Made by a program: the position numbers and the translations under genes
Part shown: positions 1-9,193 of the stretch, piece by piece
Layout of the letters: every line of letters starts with the position of its first letter
How positions within the stretch are numbered: the stretch's first letter is position 1
Source of the DNA: a virus
Taxonomy: Duplodnaviria; Caudoviricetes
Reading direction: 5' to 3' (one strand)
Virus record (IMG/VR): IMGVR_UViG_3300031576_000065
Coordinates: 1 to 50,791 of that record
Length of the DNA stretch: 50,791 bases
The notes under the pieces: generated by a model
Seen by the model: only the letters and a program-made list of their open reading frames with translations
Told to the model about the DNA's origin: nothing
The model's database searches: none

Positions 1-235
1 GAATTGCTGCATCTGCCAGCTTGACCTGAATTTCCTGGGCCTTAAGCTGCATATCCAGTGGAGTAAGCGGGTCATTCCCCGCCTCGTCCTGGTCGATCTT
101 ATCAATGCTATCGGACACCCAGGTTTCAAGCGGCGGCTCCTGCATATCCTCTGCTGTAACGTCGATACCTGCGCGATCCAGGATCTTCGCTGTAGCAGTA
201 GGCCCGGCCGTGCTCTTGATCTGCAAGGTCGGTGT
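1..235. repeat. Terminal overlap copy 1 (contig circularisation)
   Basis: Bases 1-235 match 50557-50791 except A128 vs G50684 (synonymous CTT/CTC Leu in the portal frame). Confidence 0.97.
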
Positions 236-2269
236 AACCGGCTTGAACTCGATGGGCTTCGGTAGCTGCGCCAATGCTTCCTGAGTGAGTTGATAATGGG
301 TAATGAAGGACTGCTTGGACTCCATTGGCAGCGACTCGAACTCAGGGGACTTCATAAACAAAGCGTGAACATCAAGGTGAGACTGTAGATTCTCGAACAA
401 ATTGGGTCGCAGAGACTCCTGTTGTATATACTGCTGCTGCGCCTCAGGATCCGTCACCGGCTCCCCTTCTGGGCTAACCGCCTGTCCTGACTCTATCTGC
501 GTCTGTGCGTTCATCATGGAAATCATGTTGACCGGCTGCCCTGCTAGGATTCTATCATGTTCGCGATATGCCTGGTCTTCATCTGCCTGGAAGATCATAG
601 ACAGACCCTCAAGATCTGCAATATCGAGATACTTATACGCCTGGTCGGGGCGAAGAACCCCGCGATCCACATAGTCCAGGATTCGCTGCTGTCTGCCCGC
701 ACGTGTGCGCGGTAGCGCTGATCCTGTTTCCACATTGATTGACACCCCACCCTTCAGGTCGGCCTGTGAGAAGCGTCGGGCTTTCGTGGAACCACCGGAA
801 CCATACACCTTCAGAAGTCGGGGCTCCTTGTAGTATTCCTGCGCAAGATTGAGCATAAGCTCACCTGAGCGGGCTAGCGACCGTTCGAGAAGTAGGATAC
901 GTGGGGCCAGCCTGTCGGTCGCCATTTCCTGAAGTAGGTCAATAGCAATACCGGCCTCAACATTCGGAGGAGGCGTACCTTCTGTGATATCCACGATTCC
1001 AAATGCCTGCCTAATATCGTCTCTAAGATTCTTAAGGTGCTCAAAGACATAGGGAGGCATTGAAGGCAATTGCTCAACTTCAGGCTTGTGATCTCCGATG
1101 ATATTATACTCGTATACAGCACCAGGCTCGGAGGTCAAGCGCACCCCTGTAAGGCTACCTGTAGGTGCCCACACGCGAGGCTTGAGCGTAAGATTCTTAT
1201 ATTCGACAATCTGGGAGATTGTCTTGTTGAGGTCCTTCTGGATCGGAATAGCGCCTTCAACGTCTCCCATGTCGTAAATCTGCCCCGGCACACGAATACC
1301 AGGAAATTTGACCAGCGGCAACTTATCAGTGGGGTACGGCCATGACTGGTCTTCCAACATATGCTCGTCCACCCAGGTCACCATACGTCCATTAGGAATA
1401 GTCGATTGCGGAAGGAAGTAGCCAACGTTAACGCCCTTCACGCTTGGTTCGGTTGCATTAAGTGCCGAACCCGGCATCGTGGAGCCAACATCATTACCCG
1501 TTGGTATAGCGTCGGCTTTGACTTCCACGCCCCACTTTTTCTTGATTTCCTCTGGCGTCATATTATGGACACAGATGACATATTTGGCCTCGTCAAAGAC
1601 CTTGGCGCTATCATCCACAAACACATCAAACGGGGAGAGAACCTCTACCTTGATGTCCCCCATATAGACAACTTTCTCTTGTGGCTGAATACCGATATTA
1701 GATAGTTCAGCCCGAAAAAGATCCTGCATAGAGGAATCGGTAATGGGATTGCCCTCGGGATCAAGGAGGAAGCGCATCTGCTTACCCGCGTCCTTGTCCC
1801 ATGTAACCTTCCAATAGCCTTGGCCGGTAATAACTGTCCATAAGAGTGCCTCAGCCAATTTATCGTCAAGGCTAAATTCACTCCACCAATGCTCCAACAG
1901 CTTATCGGCTAGCTGGGCGGCCTTAATGTCCGCATCAGAGCCAGATGTAGCCGTAGCATGGGTGACCGGCTTGGTCTTAGTCAGCTTCGCCAGAAGAGCA
2001 TGGGCACCCGGCGAGATTTGATTGTTAACGATCCTCACCCGGTAGCGAGGCTTTTCGCCATCCTCCACCGGTAGAGATTCCAACCGTCTAAGGGACTTAT
2101 TGTAGTAAGTATATTGCTTACCCTTATAGAAGGCTAGAGACAGTTTCCACTGTGCCTCTAGATACTGGCGACCACGCTTCAGGCTGTCAAGTTTTTCATT
2201 TAGATCGGAGGCAGACTTAAGTTTACTTACATCCTTAGTCTGTCCTGCGGCCTGGTCTGAATCAGCCAT
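1..2269 (-). CDS. Portal protein, N-terminal part (continues across the origin to 50378; ~815 aa total)
   Basis: ATG at 2269 after GGAG: MADSDQAAGQTKDV..WKLSLAFYKGKQY..RIVNNQISP..ALLAKLTKTKP..GQGYWKVTWD..EVLSPFDVFVD. Same frame as ORF 50378-50782 across the overlap. Lies between TerL and the scaffold/capsid genes. Confidence 0.85.
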   Translation of the reverse strand, partial: MADSDQAAGQTKDVSKLKSASDLNEKLDSLKRGRQYLEAQWKLSLAFYKGKQYTYYNKSLRRLESLPVEDGEKPRYRVRIVNNQISPGAHALLAKLTKTKPVTHATATSGSDADIKAAQLADKLLEHWWSEFSLDDKLAEALLWTVITGQGYWKVTWDKDAGKQMRFLLDPEGNPITDSSMQDLFRAELSNIGIQPQEKVVYMGDIKVEVLSPFDVFVDDSAKVFDEAKYVICVHNMTPEEIKKKWGVEVKADAIPTGNDVGSTMPGSALNATEPSVKGVNVGYFLPQSTIPNGRMVTWVDEHMLEDQSWPYPTDKLPLVKFPGIRVPGQIYDMGDVEGAIPIQKDLNKTISQIVEYKNLTLKPRVWAPTGSLTGVRLTSEPGAVYEYNIIGDHKPEVEQLPSMPPYVFEHLKNLRDDIRQAFGIVDITEGTPPPNVEAGIAIDLLQEMATDRLAPRILLLERSLARSGELMLNLAQEYYKEPRLLKVYGSGGSTKARRFSQADLKGGVSINVETGSALPRTRAGRQQRILDYVDRGVLRPDQAYKYLDIADLEGLSMIFQADEDQAYREHDRILAGQPVNMISMMNAQTQIESGQAVSPEGEPVTDPEAQQQYIQQESLRPNLFENLQSHLDVHALFMKSPEFESLPMESKQSFITHYQLTQEALAQLPKPIEFKPVTPTLQIKSTAGPTATAKILDRAGIDVTAEDMQEPPLETWVSDSIDKIDQDEAGNDPLTPLDMQLKAQEIQVKLADAAI

Positions 2270-2279
2270 TCAAACGCTC

Positions 2280-2597
2280 CTAAAATAGTGCTAGATCCTC
2301 GTCTGGGGCATCAACGAGGATGGTTTCGTTATCAAACTGAAGCTGGCGGAGCATATCCTCGGCTTCGGAAATACTAATCTGTTCCGTCTCCTTCATAAAG
2401 CGGATATCCTCCTCGGATTCGCTCATAAAGAGGGGGGTTCTACTGCGCGTAGGGACTGGTTGAGAGGCTAGCTCCTGAGAAAGTGCCTTCAACCTCTGCA
2501 CGTCCTCCTGATATGCTAGAATTCTCAGTTCCAGAAGTTCCGTCTTCGCCCTCTCGATCTCCAACAGAGCTTGCGACTGCTTCCCGAACAGGTTCAC
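2280..2597 (-). CDS. Hypothetical coiled-coil protein
   Basis: GTG at 2597 after GGAGG; in ORF-track frame 2280-2633. Confidence 0.6.
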   Translation of the reverse strand: MNLFGKQSQALLEIERAKTELLELRILAYQEDVQRLKALSQELASQPVPTRSRTPLFMSESEEDIRFMKETEQISISEAEDMLRQLQFDNETILVDAPDEDLALF

Positions 2598-2928
2598 TTG
2601 ATACCTCCGTGAGTGCCGTAGGATTCTCGACAAGATACCTCAAATCATTGAATAAGACATCAATGCGCTGCTTCATGCCGCGAATAACCTGGTTTGAGCG
2701 TGATAGTTCTGCCTGTGCTCTTTCAACTTCTACATGGGTTGCAAGGTCAAAATAGACCAACATTGAGTTGATGCACTTCTCACAGACGTAGCGCCGGCCC
2801 TGTAGATTGAAGGGGTGTCCGTCGAAATAACGCTCGGTGTCGATAACCTTGGTACCATGATCTGGTGTGGTTTCACATAGGAAGCAAACATTTGGTCTGT
2901 CCAGCTTCCCACCGTAAGTCAGTTTCAT
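2440..2928 (-). CDS. Hypothetical protein with two CxxC motifs
   Basis: CFLC..CEKC; upstream GGAGG; 3' end overlaps the next gene. Confidence 0.6.
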   Translation of the reverse strand: MKLTYGGKLDRPNVCFLCETTPDHGTKVIDTERYFDGHPFNLQGRRYVCEKCINSMLVYFDLATHVEVERAQAELSRSNQVIRGMKQRIDVLFNDLRYLVENPTALTEVSSEPVREAVASSVGDREGEDGTSGTENSSISGGRAEVEGTFSGASLSTSPYAQ

Positions 2929-3002
2929 TACTCAATTACCTCCATTGCTCTGTAATCCCGCATGTAATCTCGCTTCTTCTGAAGCTTTGCTTCGCGGGTC
3001 AA
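2928..3002 (-). CDS. Small basic peptide (24 aa, MTREAKLQKKRDYMRDYRAMEVIE)
   Basis: TTG after AGAAAGGA; TAATG overlap with the downstream start. Confidence 0.4.
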   Translation of the reverse strand: MTREAKLQKKRDYMRDYRAMEVIE

Positions 3003-3014
3003 GACAATTCCTTT

Positions 3015-4535
3015 CTACCATTCGTCGCCGAGATGCTCGTCGAACACCTCTTTGTTTTTCCTCGACATGGCCGCCTTGGCTGCAATACTTTCCCACATAT
3101 TCGCAGTAGTGGCCGCTCCATCGAGGAGAGGGGCTTCTTCCGGGCGCTGCTGGGAGGGTAGCACAACACCTGCTATACGCAATCCCATCTCTACACTATC
3201 CAAACAGTCGTCTTGGGGGTTCTTCTTGAGGGAGTCATAATCAACCCACTCGTTGATGAAATCAACCTGAACCCGGCTAATCTTTATTCGCCCTGTGCGG
3301 AAGAAGGGAGACATCGCTAGGATGCGCCCTGCCTTTTTACCGGGAGCCCAAAGGGGAATTACGGGCGGTAGGCCCTCTAGACGCTGCACCTGCTGGACTA
3401 GCGCCAACTGGTAAGCAGTTTTCTCAATCCCAATCCCGAAGGGACTATACTTTTGATACCACTGATTGATCTTGTCAACCTGCTCTGGAAACGGAATACG
3501 TCCTGCCCATTGGTCCACGAGGTAGGCTTGTCGTCTGTCTTTTGTGACGCCAATGGCGCTAATAGCGAATCTATCGGCAGAGTCAGCCAGTGAAACAGCA
3601 GGGTCAACAGCCACGTACATAGTGAGCCCGGTGAGTGCGCCATTAGGATCACGGTATGTGTCCAATTCCGCAGGCTCGTAATAATGGAGCCATTCACCCG
3701 ACAACTCCTTTCCGGCCATAGCATCAAATGAAGCTTGGAACTCTTGTTTGAACTTGAAGGGGTGGTACTCCTCTTTGAGGCGCATCCACTCCTCAGAGGC
3801 ATAATAGGGGCTGTCAATAGACCAGTATTCCACCCTACCATGCAGCGGAGAGCCCAGCGCCTTGTCAGACCAGAACTCATTGTAAAACCAGTTCTTACCA
3901 TCGGGTGTGGTTGTACTAAGAAACATTCCGAGGGTCTGAGTTAGGGACGGAGACGAGGTGAACCACGCCTCCTCGTTCACAATGAAGGCGGACTCGTCAA
4001 ACCACATGATATCCACGCCTGCACCACGGAGCTTCTGAGGGTTATCAGCCGTCTTGTAAAGTAAGAATGACCCGTTGTTGAACTCGATCCACTGGTGCCC
4101 TCGGTTCTCCTTGTAGTCCACGCCTTCAACCATACCACCTGCCTGCAATACCTCGCGAATAGCCAGCTTGGCCCAGAGACCTAGCGTGTAGTCCTGGGTT
4201 ACAACCCAGATAACTAAGGGCCTGCGGTTGTTTGTACCGTGGAGATCCTGATGGAATATTTCTGGATGTAGGGCATAGAAAATAGTTTCCCAGGCTGCAC
4301 TGATGGTTTTACCTCCCCGCCTACCTGCAACCAAATGACGAAACCGGGTAAGCCGGTTATTCTCTGGATTCGTGTTCGTGTGGAACAAGAATTGGTAATA
4401 ATGCGGGTGGTAGCCGTGTTGGGCAAACCACAAAAACTTCTGGGGATATCGGGCCAAAAGGTCCACAACATCCCCATCAGTGAGGGTGATACCCTGACTT
4501 CGGTGATAGTCTGGAACGTTACTCACCCCCTTCAA
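3015..4535 (-). CDS. terL: Terminase large subunit
   Basis: Walker A GRRGGKT, LRG and Walker B IMWFDES, motif TTP, nuclease AVDPA..D and DDCLDS. Exact start uncertain. Confidence 0.93.
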   Translation of the reverse strand: MKGVSNVPDYHRSQGITLTDGDVVDLLARYPQKFLWFAQHGYHPHYYQFLFHTNTNPENNRLTRFRHLVAGRRGGKTISAAWETIFYALHPEIFHQDLHGTNNRRPLVIWVVTQDYTLGLWAKLAIREVLQAGGMVEGVDYKENRGHQWIEFNNGSFLLYKTADNPQKLRGAGVDIMWFDESAFIVNEEAWFTSSPSLTQTLGMFLSTTTPDGKNWFYNEFWSDKALGSPLHGRVEYWSIDSPYYASEEWMRLKEEYHPFKFKQEFQASFDAMAGKELSGEWLHYYEPAELDTYRDPNGALTGLTMYVAVDPAVSLADSADRFAISAIGVTKDRRQAYLVDQWAGRIPFPEQVDKINQWYQKYSPFGIGIEKTAYQLALVQQVQRLEGLPPVIPLWAPGKKAGRILAMSPFFRTGRIKISRVQVDFINEWVDYDSLKKNPQDDCLDSVEMGLRIAGVVLPSQQRPEEAPLLDGAATTANMWESIAAKAAMSRKNKEVFDEHLGDEW

Positions 4536-4549
4536 GATATCTCAACTTG

Positions 4550-4894
4550 TTACTTACTTAGAACAAGCAGACGAACCGAATCGGCGGCAGCAGAGAAGTT
4601 GCTGTTGACAGCAGCCTCAATGAGACCGACATCGGTGCCCAGCGTCTGGTTGTAGACCACAAGCTTCTTGTTGACAGCATCCCACTCGACAAAGCGTTTG
4701 TTGGTGGCGTCAATTCCGCCCCCAAGAACAATTACGCCAAGGAGCGTACCGGTAGCACCGGGAACCTGAGCCACATTAAAGGCCTCACCGCCGGTCACAT
4801 AGTTTGCACCAGCAGTTGGTAGAACATCAACAATAGCATACCGAACATCGCCGAACACACCGGCCTTAACTCTTGTAACTGCGCCTAGAGCCAT
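4550..4894 (-). CDS. Putative virion structural/decoration protein
   Basis: G/A/V-rich 114 aa with YVTGG..WDAVNKKL pattern; strong RBS; in the late arm. Confidence 0.6.
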   Translation of the reverse strand: MALGAVTRVKAGVFGDVRYAIVDVLPTAGANYVTGGEAFNVAQVPGATGTLLGVIVLGGGIDATNKRFVEWDAVNKKLVVYNQTLGTDVGLIEAAVNSNFSAAADSVRLLVLSK

Positions 4895-4941
4895 TAGACT
4901 TGCCTTCCTTTAGATTTGAGGATACCCCAGGAGGGGGCGGC

Positions 4942-5211
4942 TTAGCTTTCCTCTTTGACATGATAACGCTTCAAGAACCTCTCCAAAGAGTGTTGGTTCT
5001 CATTAACTTCTTTTGCATTGCACTCGTGAGGAAATTTCGGATTGTAGTATCTCCCACACTCGTTGCACCACTTAATATCTTCTGGTTTCTGAAAATGTGT
5101 AGATGTAGGCATTCCAATCCTCGCTAGGACAAACTTCCTTCCTATACCTTTGCAAATGAATTCGCCCACAATCAACCCTGTAGGCCATTTAATGGTCCCA
5201 CACCCGTTCAT
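4942..5211 (-). CDS. Hypothetical protein (CxxC..HxC)
   Basis: ORF in operon orientation; start uncertain. Confidence 0.4.
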   Translation of the reverse strand: MNGCGTIKWPTGLIVGEFICKGIGRKFVLARIGMPTSTHFQKPEDIKWCNECGRYYNPKFPHECNAKEVNENQHSLERFLKRYHVKEES

Positions 5212-5215
5212 TCTA

Positions 5216-5476
5216 TTACCAGAGGGCCACTAGGTTGGTGGCCGTAGTTCCTGTGGCTTTAACATGAGTACCGCGAATATAGATTGCAGCACCCTGAACG
5301 GGGTTAGTAAATGTTACTGTTTGACCCCCTACTGTAATTACTGTAACAGTTTGTCCAGCAGTTACCGTCCCACAAAAAACAGCCGCAAAGGGATGTGCAA
5401 CACCCTCACGGCTAATGACGGGAGCAGTATCGCTCGGGGTCACAGCGACAGCATTTGTATAACCTGCTGGTAGCAT
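5216..5476 (-). CDS. Small virion protein (spike-base/decoration-like)
   Basis: AVTPSD..HVKATGTTATNLVALW pattern typical of small beta-rich virion proteins; AGGAG RBS. Confidence 0.65.
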   Translation of the reverse strand: MLPAGYTNAVAVTPSDTAPVISREGVAHPFAAVFCGTVTAGQTVTVITVGGQTVTFTNPVQGAAIYIRGTHVKATGTTATNLVALW

Positions 5477-5484
5477 ATGTCTCC

Positions 5485-6030
5485 TTAATGAGTATGATGT
5501 GGTACATGAGGATCTTGGTACAAACTTGCAGCCCCCCCCGCAAGTGACGGAACCTCAAATTCTGCAAATGATATATCTGCACGGGCATTTACGAAAGGTA
5601 CCTCAAACTCAGCCCAGGATACTTCCGCTCTAGCTCCTGTAAGAGGAACTTCAAATTCAGACCAAGAAACATCTGCTCTTGCATTAGTTGTGGGTATCTC
5701 AAACTCAGCCCAAGAAACATCTGCTCGTGCACTAAGAAATGGTATCTCAAACTCTGCCCAAGAAATATCTGCACGGGCATTAAGAGTCGGAACCTCAAAT
5801 TCTGCCCAGGAAATATCTGCCCGTGCATTTGCTGTAGGTACCTCAAACTCAGCCCAAGAAACATCTGCTCGTGCATTGAGAAAAGGTACTTCAAATTCTG
5901 CCCAGGATACATCAGCACGTGCGTTCAATGAGGGGACTTCAAACTCTGCCCAAGAAATATCTGCACGAACATCAACATTGGTTCCATGAAAGTATATTGG
6001 GTATATATACCCTCGCCCTAACCGGGCCAT
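5485..6030 (-). CDS. Tandem-repeat protein (9 x 16 aa RADxSWAEFEVPxxNA)
   Basis: Nine units read directly from the translation. Confidence 0.8.
   Translation of the reverse strand: MARLGRGYIYPIYFHGTNVDVRADISWAEFEVPSLNARADVSWAEFEVPFLNARADVSWAEFEVPTANARADISWAEFEVPTLNARADISWAEFEIPFLSARADVSWAEFEIPTTNARADVSWSEFEVPLTGARAEVSWAEFEVPFVNARADISFAEFEVPSLAGGAASLYQDPHVPHHTH
5536..5967 (-). repeat. Nine 48-bp imperfect coding tandem repeats
   Basis: Recurring ..tcaaa(c/t)tc(a/t)gcccaaga(a/t)a(c/t)atc(t/a)gc.. every 48 nt, with synonymous variation. Confidence 0.9.
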
Positions 6031-6033
6031 GAC

Positions 6034-6495
6034 TTACGCCCTAGTCCACTTAAGCCACGCCAAAACGTTAACGTTAGCTGTAACGTTGATTCTCAGACCA
6101 ATTGAATCAGCCGTTCCTGCGGGTGAGTTTTCCTCTGTGCCAAGTGGATTTGGGAGAATAAGTGTCCCCATGAATTGTGGAGCAAAACCACTCTTTACAA
6201 CAGAATAAGTTGTGCCCTCCGCTGTATGATTCTGAGTAACGGTAAGCCCATGAGCAATAGCTGCGCCTGCAACCTGGCTTGTAACAGCGGTGCCACCCCC
6301 AGTGCCGGCCGTGGTCTCATCCGAGGTGAAAAGATCCCACGTGGCCGGAACTGCTGTGGCTGTAACACCGTCTGTAAAGAGTGCTAATTCAAGAACCTTG
6401 ATGTTAAAACCTGTTGGGGTTACCAACTTGAGCACAGTTTTGGCACCTGCGGTTGCCGCAAAAACTGTATTGCGGGTGATATATACGGCGTCCAC
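6034..6495 (-). CDS. Putative virion structural protein
   Basis: T/A/G-rich beta-type 153 aa; GGAGG RBS. Confidence 0.65.
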   Translation of the reverse strand: MDAVYITRNTVFAATAGAKTVLKLVTPTGFNIKVLELALFTDGVTATAVPATWDLFTSDETTAGTGGGTAVTSQVAGAAIAHGLTVTQNHTAEGTTYSVVKSGFAPQFMGTLILPNPLGTEENSPAGTADSIGLRINVTANVNVLAWLKWTRA

Positions 6496-6504
6496 AAGTA
6501 CCTC

Positions 6505-7275
6505 CTAGTATCTGTTGGAGCGATTTACTGCAAATTGAATAATGACTGGTTTAGGCGGGAGAACAACACCAGCCGGGGCTGAATCCCTAATTCCCATCAT
6601 TAGATTGGCGTGGAAAGAAACTGTAGCACCTGTAGCTGTTGAAGTGCCGGTTGCACCCGCTGTAGCCAATGTACCTGTAAAACATCCAATCCACCCTCCG
6701 TTACCGGAAGCAGCCGCATCGTCAAACCGTTCCGTAATTGTAGCAAGATTGGCATTTGTGTGGGCGGACATTTCTGCTGTACCACCTGCAATATCGGGCT
6801 TAGCCTGGGCAATCAAATGGAAAATCAGCTGGTCAGCTGTATCCGTAGTGATGCCCGTCCATGAGAGGGTTGTATCCTCTACTGTTTCAGGTGAAGCGGC
6901 CCAACCCGTCCCACTGATGGAGGAACGAACATCAGATAGATTGGACCAGGTGCCAGCGGATCTTCTAAAAGTTAGAATACAACCAATATCGTGGTTACCT
7001 GAGTCATTTGTTATTGGTGAACCGGCTGCCCCATCCCAAATACGCTCAAAGAGGGTAAGGCGGGTTGCTATTGTTGCCGTACCTGAGGGACAAGAGACAG
7101 GAGAACCGGGATGTTGAGTAAACCCCGCAGCGGTAGAAAGGGTGCAAACCTGATCCTGGGTTTCCACAATCAAAAGTTCATAGTCACCAGAGACATGGGA
7201 GGCGCTTGGAACGATTGTGGCCCCGACTGTACCCTCAGCCAGAACTCCTGCAGCTACAAAGGTCGGGAAGGCCAT
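6505..7275 (-). CDS. Putative virion structural/receptor-binding protein
   Basis: T/A/G-rich 256 aa within the structural cluster. Confidence 0.65.
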   Translation of the reverse strand: MAFPTFVAAGVLAEGTVGATIVPSASHVSGDYELLIVETQDQVCTLSTAAGFTQHPGSPVSCPSGTATIATRLTLFERIWDGAAGSPITNDSGNHDIGCILTFRRSAGTWSNLSDVRSSISGTGWAASPETVEDTTLSWTGITTDTADQLIFHLIAQAKPDIAGGTAEMSAHTNANLATITERFDDAAASGNGGWIGCFTGTLATAGATGTSTATGATVSFHANLMMGIRDSAPAGVVLPPKPVIIQFAVNRSNRY

Positions 7276-7278
7276 ACT

Positions 7279-7701
7279 TTAAACCTGGGCTGCTACAAAC
7301 TCCATGCGGAGTGCGGTGTAGTCCGTGATTGCGTCTGCCTCTGCCGCTGAAAGGGTATAAGAGGTAGAGGTAAAAGTGGTTGGGAGGGTGTTATCCGCCT
7401 GTGAAGTGATTTGGGTAAGGGTTTGCATTAGCCGAATGGTGAGGTTAATATCAGCCGAACCCGCTGCTGGCTGCTTACGCCGTCTCCAACGCATGATATG
7501 GCCGGTAGAGGAGACAGGATCGGTTACATCTGTAAGACCCGCTTCGTATTCATTTGTGCCCGGTGGTGTGGGTGATTTGACATAATCGGTGTCATCAAAC
7601 GCTACTTCGTCAATCTCTTGAAACATATTGACCGATGTGTCGTCGTCTTCAACCCAACCTGTTACCGTCACATCGGCATCAGGGCGAGCAAACTGAGGCA
7701 A
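7279..7701 (-). CDS. Putative virion structural protein
   Basis: 140 aa, GGAGG RBS, TTG start, beta-rich composition. Confidence 0.65.
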   Translation of the reverse strand: MPQFARPDADVTVTGWVEDDDTSVNMFQEIDEVAFDDTDYVKSPTPPGTNEYEAGLTDVTDPVSSTGHIMRWRRRKQPAAGSADINLTIRLMQTLTQITSQADNTLPTTFTSTSYTLSAAEADAITDYTALRMEFVAAQV

Positions 7702-7702
7702 G

Positions 7703-7984
7703 TTACCTCCTCCTTCCTCTAAATTTTGACCAATATCCTAGTACAGGCAGATTGAACCCCGGATTGGGATACAACCTAACCCAAAACTTGAAGTCCCTAA
7801 ACTCTACAATATCGGGCTCATTTTCGTGAAAGGGGGAGTTTTTGAGCCCATTACGGGTATTTATGAACCTTCCCCACTGGAGGATGATAGCTTTATTCTG
7901 CTTCTTGATAATCTTTGTGCCCACCTGCCAAGAGATAAGGGGGACAGCTACCAAACTGAGGGTGATGAGGGCACTAAGTAGCAT
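7703..7984 (-). CDS. Hypothetical membrane-anchored protein
   Basis: N-terminal hydrophobic helix LLSALITLSLVAVPLISW. Confidence 0.55.
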   Translation of the reverse strand: MLLSALITLSLVAVPLISWQVGTKIIKKQNKAIILQWGRFINTRNGLKNSPFHENEPDIVEFRDFKFWVRLYPNPGFNLPVLGYWSKFRGRRR

Positions 7985-8138
7985 TTGTCTCCCTTTCTTT
8001 CTCCCATTTGTAGACGGGGGAACGAATCTCCCTTAAATCTTCTTCTATTTCGGCTCTAAGGTTGTCCTTGGGCCTCTTTCCTTGCAGATTCCGGGGGGAA
8101 GACCACTTTACTTCCCTTCTCCGAAAGGTTCTACTCAC
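7974..8138 (-). CDS. Small basic hypothetical protein (54 aa)
   Basis: GTG after AGGAG: MSRTFRRREVKWSSPRNLQGKRPKDNLRAEIEEDLRE..; translated by hand. Confidence 0.45.
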   Translation of the reverse strand: MSRTFRRREVKWSSPRNLQGKRPKDNLRAEIEEDLREIRSPVYKWEKERETNAT

Positions 8139-8153
8139 GTTTTCTCCTAAAAA

Positions 8154-8228
8154 TGGCTGGATCGCTAGGACTCGAACCTAGATCGCCGGGTTCAGAGCCC
8201 GGAATCCTTCCGATTAGACGACGTTCCA
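8154..8228 (-). tRNA. tRNA-Gln (anticodon CTG)
   Basis: TGGAACG/CGATCCA acceptor stem (one A-A mismatch), anticodon arm CCGGG-CTCTGAA-CCCGG, T arm CTAGG-TTCGAGT-CCTAG, encoded 3' CCA. Confidence 0.93.
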
Positions 8229-8354
8229 TCATAAAATTTTGTCCGAAGCCCGTCTTACAGTCCTTACGTCCGGTTCGCCGGACTTGAGGCGTATATATGC
8301 GTATGGACGGCGATGACAAAGGTCTTTACGGCCGTTTCTTATTACGCAAAACGC

Positions 8355-8582
8355 CTACCTCTGATAATAGATCCTTACCGGTTGAGGTTCTGCTTTGAAT
8401 CCTTCAGACCAATCGTACCCATTTCCCATACATCTGGGGCAATAGTGTCCCTCTGAATCTTCAGTTGTAAGGTTTTTGAGGCTAATTTGAAATCTACGCC
8501 CACATCCTGTACAAGGGACGGATTCTGGCCTGTTGTACTCAAATACTTCCAAAACTACTCCTTTGCTTATATTTACTTCCAT
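8355..8582 (-). CDS. Small Zn-ribbon protein (CTGC..CPRC), probably leaderless
   Basis: ATG lies 5 nt after the TATAAT element; two CxxC pairs. Confidence 0.65.
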   Translation of the reverse strand: MEVNISKGVVLEVFEYNRPESVPCTGCGRRFQISLKNLTTEDSEGHYCPRCMGNGYDWSEGFKAEPQPVRIYYQR

Positions 8583-8587
8583 ACTGT

Positions 8588-8616
8588 ATTATAGCATATG
8601 TAAGCCATATATGCAA
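8588..8616 (-). promoter_or_regulatory. Sigma70-type promoter heading the late/virion arm
   Basis: TTGCAT-17 nt-TATAAT with extended TG. Confidence 0.75.
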
Positions 8617-9193
8617 GTGTTAGCTTTATAAAAACACTTAAGAGTATGCAGTACTGCTACTTTAGCTAATATTAGCTTATTAAGGACTAAAATAAGCATA
8701 TATTAGTATATTCTTCACCCAAATATATTACCCTTGGGAACCCCTTCTGTAAAGCCTTTTTTTGAAAACCTATACTTTAGTCTAGGTAAGACTATACTTT
8801 TCTGTACGGACGAGCTTGGGAAATTAGGGGGTTCGATAGGCGTCTATTAATCCCTATTTGAACCCGGGGGGTCGAACCCTTTGGGATTTGCCTCTGTAGG
8901 GGATGAAATCCATTAAATAGCAGGTACTACCCACAACGGGGGCCTAGGGTCGCTTTACTAAATGAAGGGGCATCTGGGCATTAAGGGTGTGTTAACACAT
9001 GGTTTGTCACGAACAACCAGACCCATAGCATCAACCTATGATCAGACCTCAACACCCACTGTCACAACCCCTGTCACAATGTCATGGGCCGCAGAGACGG
9101 CCTTACAAACCCATCACAACTAACCTCTAGACATTGGCTCGTGTCAGTCAATCCGACGGCACACACAGCCCTACGGGGCAGGAAGGAGTCAAC

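Noticed and set aside
1-235. Biological direct terminal repeat
   Set aside because: It falls mid-portal gene; better explained as assembly overlap of a circular or permuted genome.
402-1705. Short + strand ORFs in the track (and similar antisense ORFs genome-wide)
   Set aside because: They are shadows of long opposite-strand genes such as the portal, with no RBS or motifs.
5536-5967. 48-bp periodic repeats as a CRISPR array or DGR template
   Set aside because: No unique spacers, variation is mostly synonymous inside an open ORF, and no cas or reverse transcriptase gene is present.
9059-9085. PHO box (CTGTCAC direct repeat)
   Set aside because: Repeat period is 12 bp rather than 11, and no phosphate-related genes are nearby; may still be some other binding site.
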